A stretch of DNA of 12,243 nucleotides from Myxococcaceae bacterium (GTDB lineage Bacteria > Myxococcota > Myxococcia > Myxococcales > Myxococcaceae). Positions 6,871 through 12,243 of this stretch are shown here, piece after piece. The stretch is taken from contig JAEUJQ010000037.1 of NCBI GenBank assembly GCA_016793095.1, forward strand, positions 1-12,243, read 5' to 3'. The number at the start of each line of letters is the position of its first letter. Positions within the stretch are counted from its first letter, which is position 1. Below the pieces are notes generated by a model. The model ran no database searches, was not told where the DNA came from, and was given only the letters and a program-made list of their open reading frames with translations. The position numbers and the translations under genes were made by a program.

Positions 6871-8109
6871 ATGTCGCCCTCGCCGCCCGCCGGCCTGCTG
6901 ACGCTGCAGCTCAGGCCAGGCCACCCTGACCTGCTCGACCTGCCCTGGCACCTGCCCCTGAGCGCGTGGGAGGGCGCGTGCCCCCGCTGGGTGGAGATTC
7001 CGCGTGGGCTCTCGCGGCACGAGGTCCTCTTCGTCAGCTACGGCGAGGTCGTCTACGCGCTCAAGGAGCTGCCGGGGTCGGTCGCCGAGCGTGAGTACGC
7101 CGCGCTGCGCGAGCTCGAGGCGCGGGCGCTGCCGGCCGTCACGCCCGTTGGCCTCGCCCACACGCGGCCCGAGGGCACGGGCGAAGAACGTGGGGTGCTG
7201 GTGACGCAGTACCTCCAGGGGTCGCTCCCCTACCGGACGCTCTTCATGCAGCCGGGTCTCGAGCGCTACCGGGCGCGCCTCGTCGACGCCCTCGCGGTGC
7301 TGCTGGTGCGCCTGCACCTGGGCGGCTGCTTCTGGGGCGACTGCTCGCTGTCCAACAGCCTGTTCCGCCGCGACGCAGGCGAGCTGCAGGCCTACCTGGT
7401 GGACGCCGAGACGTCCGAGCTGCACCCGACGCTGTCGGACGGGCAGCGGCGCTTCGACCTGGACCTGATGGAGGAGAACGTGGCGGGCGGGCTGGTGGAC
7501 CTGATCGCCGCGGGAGCCGCCAGCGCTGCCGCGCTCGACTGGCGCGAGACGAGCGCCAGCGTGCGTCGCCGCTATGAGCAGCTCTGGGCGGAGATCACCC
7601 GCGAGGAGCTGGTCGGAGCCGGTGACTCGTTCCTCGTGCAGGAGCGCATTCGCAAGCTGAACGCCCTGGGCTTCAGCGTCGGGGAGGTCGAGCTGGTCGC
7701 CACCGGTGACGGCGCCCACCTGCGCATGCGCACCATCGTGACCGACCGCAACCACCACCGGCACCTGCTGCACAACCTCACCGGCCTGGTCGCCGAGGAG
7801 CACCAGGCGCAGCTCCTGCTCAACGACGTGCGCGAGTGGAAGGTGGCCGCCACCCGCGAGCTGAACCGCAGCCTCCCGCTGTCCGTCGCCGCGCACCGCT
7901 GGCTCAACGAGCGCTTCCTCAGCGTGACGCAGTCGATGCAGGGCGCCGGCGCGCCGGAGGACCTCTGCGAGCTCTTCTGCCAGGTGCTCGAGCACAAGTG
8001 GCTCATGTCCGAGCGCGAGAAAGAGGACGTCGGCTTCAAGCGCGCCGTGGCGGACTACCGCGCGCTGCGCGGGCTCGCGGAGCCGGTCGAGCCCGCGCCA
8101 TCTGAGTGA
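6871..8109 (+). CDS. Atypical protein-kinase-like fold protein (412 aa). A Kdo-kinase-like / RIO-like architecture is suggested. I recall this as DUF4032 but cannot verify it.
   Basis: ATG at 6871. Kinase-like landmarks: 'VVYALKEL' (beta3 Lys-like), 'EYAALRELE' (alphaC Glu-like), 'LHLGGCFWGDCSLSNSLF' (HxD...N catalytic-loop-like, residues ~149-162) and 'AYLVDAETSE' (DFG-like D178). Confidence 0.6.
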   Translation: MSPSPPAGLLTLQLRPGHPDLLDLPWHLPLSAWEGACPRWVEIPRGLSRHEVLFVSYGEVVYALKELPGSVAEREYAALRELEARALPAVTPVGLAHTRPEGTGEERGVLVTQYLQGSLPYRTLFMQPGLERYRARLVDALAVLLVRLHLGGCFWGDCSLSNSLFRRDAGELQAYLVDAETSELHPTLSDGQRRFDLDLMEENVAGGLVDLIAAGAASAAALDWRETSASVRRRYEQLWAEITREELVGAGDSFLVQERIRKLNALGFSVGEVELVATGDGAHLRMRTIVTDRNHHRHLLHNLTGLVAEEHQAQLLLNDVREWKVAATRELNRSLPLSVAAHRWLNERFLSVTQSMQGAGAPEDLCELFCQVLEHKWLMSEREKEDVGFKRAVADYRALRGLAEPVEPAPSE

Positions 8110-9488
8110 CGACCCGAGGCCACGCGCTCCCGACGTCGGCGGCGCATGGCACCGAAGGCCAGCGCCAGTCCGGGCACCGCCCCCGCGTCCGAGCCGCACC
8201 CGCACCCGAGGCGCTGGATGGTGACTCCGGGGCCACTGGGGAACGGCGACGAGCTGGGCGGCACCTCGAGCACTGACGACTTGCCCGGCAGCCCGGCGCC
8301 CGCGCCGTAGTCGCCCGCCGGCACCCGGCCCGCGAGACCGCCGAGCACGGACATGGGGCACTCGGCCACGCGACCTGCACGCAGCGACACGTGGCCGCCA
8401 CCACCTCCACCGCCGGGCCCGTTGTCGGTGGCCGCACCACCAGCGCCGCCATTCGCGAACAGGGCACACCGCGCGGCCTCGACGACCTCGACGACGACGG
8501 AGCCGCCCGCGCCCGCCCCACCACCTCCGCCAAACCGGGAGTCGGTCGCCGGCCCTTCCTGGCCATCAGCCACCACGAGCCCCGCGCCTTCGAGGGTCCG
8601 CGCTCGAAGGAAGACGCCGCCGCCGCCGCGCCCACCACCGCGCCCTCGCCCGAAGGTGCCGTTGGTCGCCCCGCCGCCGCCCCCGAAGAGCAGCCCCGCC
8701 CACGTGAGCGCCGCGGCGCCGAACCCACCGACGTCGCGCTTCCCGTCACCGCTGAACCCGCCCTGCCCGCCTTCGCCGAGTCCGGCGCCGCCGCCGCCGC
8801 CCGAGTACGCGCACGCCCCGCCGCCGCCGCCCGAGTCGTTGTTGCGCCGGCCGGTGAAGGTGGTGCCGAACCCTCCGACGAGCGCGCCCTCGCCCCGCTC
8901 CGCGCCTCGGGGACCGGCCTCGTCCTCGCCCAGGCAGCCGAGCTCGGCCTGGCCAATCTCGCGGGGGGCGCCGCCGCGGAACCCGGCGCCGTTCGCCGAC
9001 AACGTTCCGTCGTTGCGCACCGTCCCGTTCGCCAGCAACGCGAGCACGCCGCCGCTGGCGCCGTTCCAGGCTGGCGCGACCAGCGACGTCCCCGAGTGGA
9101 CGATGACGTCGGTGAACTGGGGCACCAGCACCGCCTGACTCTCTCCCTGTCGCCACGGCCGGTTGAGCGGTGTCGCGAGCTCGAGCTTCGGGCCGACGAC
9201 GCGCTCGACGAAGTGCAGCGAGTACTCGCCGACACGGTAGCGCTCCCCGTCCGAGCGCCACTGGCTCTGCAGCAACAGCACCACCGCGCCGCTCGAGAAC
9301 GGCGTGGAGTCTGCGACGAGAACGAACGGGTCTCCGGCGGCTGCGTCGGCGGCCAGGGCAGTGGCCGCGTTGATGACGCGACTCAGCGTCGTCACCTCGA
9401 GCACGCCGTCACGCCCATCGCCGAGCTGCTGCACCTGACCCAGCACTGGCCCCGACAGGCAGAGCAACGCGAAGAGGACGCCACGCAC
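8055..9488 (-). CDS. Glycine-rich secreted or cell-surface protein with a C-terminal MYXO-CTERM-like sorting signal (GCGCG...GLALAFGAMRRRRR). The N-terminal domain of ~200 aa is of unknown function. The central region carries runs of GGGGG.
   Basis: ORF 8055..9611, which begins with TTG inside the neighbouring gene's SD. I prefer GTG at 9488, which gives the signal peptide 'RGVLFALLCLSGPVLGQ'. The C-terminus has two Cys, a hydrophobic stretch and five Arg, matching the Myxococcales-type C-terminal sorting domain. The start assignment is uncertain. Confidence 0.6.
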   Translation of the reverse strand: MRGVLFALLCLSGPVLGQVQQLGDGRDGVLEVTTLSRVINAATALAADAAAGDPFVLVADSTPFSSGAVVLLLQSQWRSDGERYRVGEYSLHFVERVVGPKLELATPLNRPWRQGESQAVLVPQFTDVIVHSGTSLVAPAWNGASGGVLALLANGTVRNDGTLSANGAGFRGGAPREIGQAELGCLGEDEAGPRGAERGEGALVGGFGTTFTGRRNNDSGGGGGACAYSGGGGGAGLGEGGQGGFSGDGKRDVGGFGAAALTWAGLLFGGGGGATNGTFGRGRGGGRGGGGVFLRARTLEGAGLVVADGQEGPATDSRFGGGGGAGAGGSVVVEVVEAARCALFANGGAGGAATDNGPGGGGGGGHVSLRAGRVAECPMSVLGGLAGRVPAGDYGAGAGLPGKSSVLEVPPSSSPFPSGPGVTIQRLGCGCGSDAGAVPGLALAFGAMRRRRRERVASGRHSDGAGSTGSASPRSAR

Positions 9489-9609
9489 GCCGCGCAGTGT
9501 GCCTGAAAACGCGGAGTTCGACGGCGAAACCGACGGCCCCGCACACCCGCCGAGACTTTTTCCTATTCTGCGGGTTGCGGTGTCTGTCCACTCAGCCGCC
9601 GCTCGTCGC

Positions 9610-9615
9610 AAGGAG
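9610..9615 (+). promoter_or_regulatory. Strong Shine-Dalgarno (AAGGAG), 9 nt upstream of GTG 9625.
   Basis: Seen in sequence: 'gcaAGGAGaacccccgcGTG'. Confidence 0.6.
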
Positions 9616-9624
9616 AACCCCCGC

Positions 9625-11028
9625 GTGCACCGAAGCCTCCTCGTCTGGAGCGTTCTGCTCTCTGCTGCTGCGTTGGCGAAACCACCGGCAGGGGGCGTGT
9701 TCTGCGCGAAGTACCCGACCTCGCCTGACTGCGTCGGCCGGCAACCCGCGTGCGCGTACTGTCACGTCGCGCCCCCGCAGCGGAACGTCTTCGGGGCGTC
9801 GCTCGAGGCCGCCCTCGCGCCCGGCGCCCCGCGGCCCTTGTCCGACGCCGACTTCGCGATGGCGCTCCCGGCGGCGCTGATGGCCGTCGAGTCACGGGAC
9901 GCTGACGGCGACGGCGTCACCAACCTGCTCGAGATTCAGCGGGGTACGCAGCCGGCCGACGCCGCGAGCAAGCCGGTGGAGCGCGCCTGCGAGGGCAGTG
10001 AGAACCCACAGTTCTCGGTCTGCCGATACGACCTGCGCTACGTCTACAAGAAGCTGCTGCTCGACTTCTGCGGCGCGTCGCCGTCGTACGCCCAGGTGAA
10101 GCGCTTCCTCGAGTGGCCCACCGATGATGACCGCCGCGCCTTCCTCGTGACCGAGCTCGACCGCTGCACGCGCACCGACTTCTGGCGGGGGAAGAACGGC
10201 CAGCTCTGGAAGGTGGCGCACCCGAAGATCCGTCCGGTCGGCTCGCTGAAGCAGGGCGAGGACCCGGGCGGAATCCCTCTCGCCGACTACTACGACGACT
10301 ACGCGCTCTTCGTGTGGACGCAGACCGAGGACCGCGACGCGCGCGAGGTGCTGACCGCCGACTACTTCGTTCGCCGCACCGCCAACCCGACGACGTACAC
10401 GAAGGTGGCGAACCTGCCCTCGCAGAACGTCGACCTGGCCCATCGCGCCGGCAACATGACGACCGCGTGGGCGCTGACGTACTTCGTGATGTTCACCGCG
10501 CTCCCGCGCAACGCCGCGTCGCAGGCCTACCGCGCGTACCTGGGCCTCGACATCGCGAAGCAGGAGGGCCTCTACAGCGTGCCCAACGAGCCGCAGGACT
10601 ACGACGCCAAGGGCGTGCAGGCGCCGGCCTGCGCGGCGTGCCACGCGACGCTCGACCCGCTCAGCTACCCGTTCCGCAACTACAACGGCATCTCGTCGGC
10701 GATGTTCGCGAACCGCTACATCCCCAACCGGCTCGAGCTGGGCTTCAGCACGCTGGCGCCGCGCATCACCCAGACGCCCGAGCGCGGCGTCATCTTCGGG
10801 CAGCCGGTGAACGATCTCCGCGAGTGGGCCCGCGTCGGCGCCGACAGCGACGCGTTCGCCATCGCCACCACCACCGACTACTGGAAGCTGCTCATCGGCC
10901 ACCCGCCGCGGCCGGAGGAGAACGCCGAGTTCGTCGCCACCTGGCGCCGCTTCAAGGGCGAGCACCAGTACCGGGTGCAGCGACTGCTCCACGACCTCGT
11001 GAAGACGGAGGCCTACGGTGCGCCCTGA
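9625..11028 (+). CDS. Exported c-type-cytochrome-like protein (467 aa). It has two CXXCH haem-attachment motifs (CAYCH and CAACH) and a canonical EF-hand Ca-binding loop (DADGDGVTNLLE).
   Basis: In-frame GTG at 9625 with an AAGGAG SD. Signal peptide 'VHRSLLVWSVLLSAAALA'. CXXCH motifs at 9751-9765 and 10630-10644. EF-hand loop at 9898-9933. Cys is otherwise rare in this high-GC proteome, so two CXXCH motifs are unlikely by chance. Confidence 0.65.
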   Translation: MHRSLLVWSVLLSAAALAKPPAGGVFCAKYPTSPDCVGRQPACAYCHVAPPQRNVFGASLEAALAPGAPRPLSDADFAMALPAALMAVESRDADGDGVTNLLEIQRGTQPADAASKPVERACEGSENPQFSVCRYDLRYVYKKLLLDFCGASPSYAQVKRFLEWPTDDDRRAFLVTELDRCTRTDFWRGKNGQLWKVAHPKIRPVGSLKQGEDPGGIPLADYYDDYALFVWTQTEDRDAREVLTADYFVRRTANPTTYTKVANLPSQNVDLAHRAGNMTTAWALTYFVMFTALPRNAASQAYRAYLGLDIAKQEGLYSVPNEPQDYDAKGVQAPACAACHATLDPLSYPFRNYNGISSAMFANRYIPNRLELGFSTLAPRITQTPERGVIFGQPVNDLREWARVGADSDAFAIATTTDYWKLLIGHPPRPEENAEFVATWRRFKGEHQYRVQRLLHDLVKTEAYGAP

Positions 11029-11671
11029 GAGACTCCTCGCGTTGAGCTCGCTGGCGGTGGCGTTGTCCGGCTGCCCCGGCCGCATCATCGAGCCGCCGGT
11101 GCCGCCCATCGTGGTGGACACGCCGGACGCCGGCAGCCTCGCGCGCTCGGCCCGCGGCAACCTGCGCTTCAAGGGCCCCGAGCGCCTGCAGGCGGACTTC
11201 GCGGCCGCGCTCGAGCTTCAGCCGTCCGACGTCTGCACCGAGCTGGGCCAGTACCAGTGCGCCACCTTCGTGCACAACGTGGCGCTGGGCGGCGTGGACC
11301 CGTACGGCCCGGGCCTCTACGAGTCCTCCGGCATCACCGCGGTCACCACGCCCCTCGTCATCGACCGGCTGGCCTGGTCGGCCTGCACGAAGCGGGTGGA
11401 CCTCGACCTCCTCGCGCCGGGCCTGGCGCAGGTGTTCCGCGGGGTGCCGATGTCGAACGGGAAGCTCACGAACCCCGAAGGCCAGGAGGTCTCGAACCTC
11501 ATCGTGGACCTCACCCGGCGGGCGTTGACGCGAGACCCCTACGCGAACGAGGTGACGCGCTACGTGAAGCTCGCGAAGGACCTCGAGGCCACGTCGGCGC
11601 AGCCGGCCCGCGCGTGGATGCAGTCGGTGTGCTTCGCCATCCTCTCGTCGGCCGAGTCGGTCTTCTACTGA
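11018..11671 (+). CDS. Hypothetical lipoprotein of 217 aa with a lipobox 'ALSGC'. It is translationally coupled to the upstream cytochrome-like gene.
   Basis: The GTG at 11018 overlaps the upstream stop (gtgcgccctga), with GGAG 7 nt upstream. Signal: 'MRPERLLALSSLAVALSGC'. Confidence 0.6.
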   Translation: MRPERLLALSSLAVALSGCPGRIIEPPVPPIVVDTPDAGSLARSARGNLRFKGPERLQADFAAALELQPSDVCTELGQYQCATFVHNVALGGVDPYGPGLYESSGITAVTTPLVIDRLAWSACTKRVDLDLLAPGLAQVFRGVPMSNGKLTNPEGQEVSNLIVDLTRRALTRDPYANEVTRYVKLAKDLEATSAQPARAWMQSVCFAILSSAESVFY

Positions 11672-11682
11672 AAGGGCACCCC

Positions 11683-12243
11683 ATGTCGCTCAAGCGCAAT
11701 GGCCGGCTGTCGCGCCGGGAGATGCTGAAGGCGCTGTCCCTCGCGGCGGCGGGCTCGACCACGTTGTCACCGTTCCTCGCCGGTTGTCGGCAGGCCCAGC
11801 AGACGCCGGAGGACGTCGAGCGTGGGCTGCGTCGCGACGCGCTCGACGGCAAGCCGAGGTTCCTCATCGTCGTCGCGGCCGCGGGCGGCGCCAGCATCGT
11901 CGACAGCTTCCTCGCCGTGCGGGCGGGCGAGGCGGGCCTGAACGCCGCGCGCCTCAACACGTTCCCCGACGCGCAGGTGCAGGCAGTGGCGAACAGCCCC
12001 TTCCGCGCGGTGCGGGTGAGCAACCCGCGGCTCGGCAGCATCCCCGTGCCGGTGAACACCGACCAGCTCGCCTTCGTGAACAAGTACAAGGACGACATGC
12101 TGGTGGCCACGTCGGTCGGCACCAGCGTGAACCACGTCATCGCGCAGAAGCGGTCCATCACCGGGAACGCCGCGTGGAAGGGCCGCACGCTGCAGGAGTG
12201 CGTCGCGCTGCAGTGGGGCCAGGGCTTCGCGCTGCCGAACGTG
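11683..12243 (+). CDS. Tat-signal (twin-arginine, 'SRREMLKALSLAAAGS') exported protein, 5' partial and running off the window end. It is possibly a DUF1501- or DUF1552-type partner protein.
   Basis: ATG at 11683, 12 nt after the previous stop. The frame stays open for 187 codons to the window end. I translated it by hand, because it is absent from the ORF track, which lists only closed ORFs. The segment 'GKPRFLIVVAAAGGASIVDSFL' resembles the N-terminal core of Tat-exported sulfatase-like DUF proteins. Confidence 0.55.
   Translation, partial: MSLKRNGRLSRREMLKALSLAAAGSTTLSPFLAGCRQAQQTPEDVERGLRRDALDGKPRFLIVVAAAGGASIVDSFLAVRAGEAGLNAARLNTFPDAQVQAVANSPFRAVRVSNPRLGSIPVPVNTDQLAFVNKYKDDMLVATSVGTSVNHVIAQKRSITGNAAWKGRTLQECVALQWGQGFALPNV

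Noticed and set aside
5711-6901. 396-aa plus-strand ORF and 244-aa minus off-frame ORF (5760..6494) over the beta-barrel-like gene
   Set aside because: Arg/Gly/His-rich low-complexity translations. The minus-strand frame with a signal peptide, coupled to the sigma gene, is preferred.
6856-8469. 537-aa minus-strand ORF antisense to the kinase-like gene
   Set aside because: Extremely Arg/Gly/Ala/Leu-biased with no motifs. The plus-strand frame shows conserved kinase-fold landmarks.
8353-9506. Proline-rich ORFs (8353..9138, 8391..9506) on the plus strand
   Set aside because: They are the complementary-strand reading of GGN-rich glycine codons (CCN gives Pro). This is an artefact of the Gly-rich gene on the minus strand.
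9892-11172. 426-aa minus-strand ORF antisense to the cytochrome-like gene, and 243-aa off-frame ORF 10314..11045
   Set aside because: Shadow ORFs. The plus frame has a signal peptide, an SD, two CXXCH motifs and an EF-hand loop.
11511-12188. 225-aa and 122-aa minus-strand ORFs over the end of the lipoprotein gene and the Tat-protein gene
   Set aside because: Low-complexity Ser/Arg/Ala/Thr-rich translations. The plus-strand frames have a lipobox and a twin-arginine signal.
1-12243. tRNA, rRNA and CRISPR arrays
   Set aside because: I found no regularly spaced short direct repeats and no cloverleaf-like conserved tRNA boxes. All repeat structure is explained by the IS termini and the Gly-codon low complexity.

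Overview
High-GC (~70%) window, probably from a Myxococcota-type genome (a MYXO-CTERM-like sorting tail and a twin-arginine (Tat) signal peptide are present). Positions 1-2824 are a complete IS21-family insertion sequence: istA and istB overlap in an ATGA junction, and each terminus carries reiterated ~33-bp repeats that are mutually inverted. The left terminus coincides with window position 1. The rest is envelope and signalling genes. There is a lipoprotein 195 bp downstream of the IS right end. A minus-strand operon encodes an exported beta-barrel-like protein, an ECF sigma factor and a FecR-domain/TPR transmembrane anti-sigma. A divergently transcribed gene has the residue pattern of an atypical protein-kinase-like fold, which I recall as DUF4032-like. 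A convergent gene encodes a glycine-rich surface protein whose C-terminus matches the MYXO-CTERM sorting signal. The last three genes are tightly coupled: an exported protein with two CXXCH haem-binding motifs and a canonical EF-hand loop, a lipoprotein, and a Tat-signal protein that runs off the window. The long ORFs antisense or off-frame to these genes look like high-GC shadow ORFs. I found no tRNA, rRNA or CRISPR. All calls rest on reading the translated sequence and the DNA; no database search was possible.
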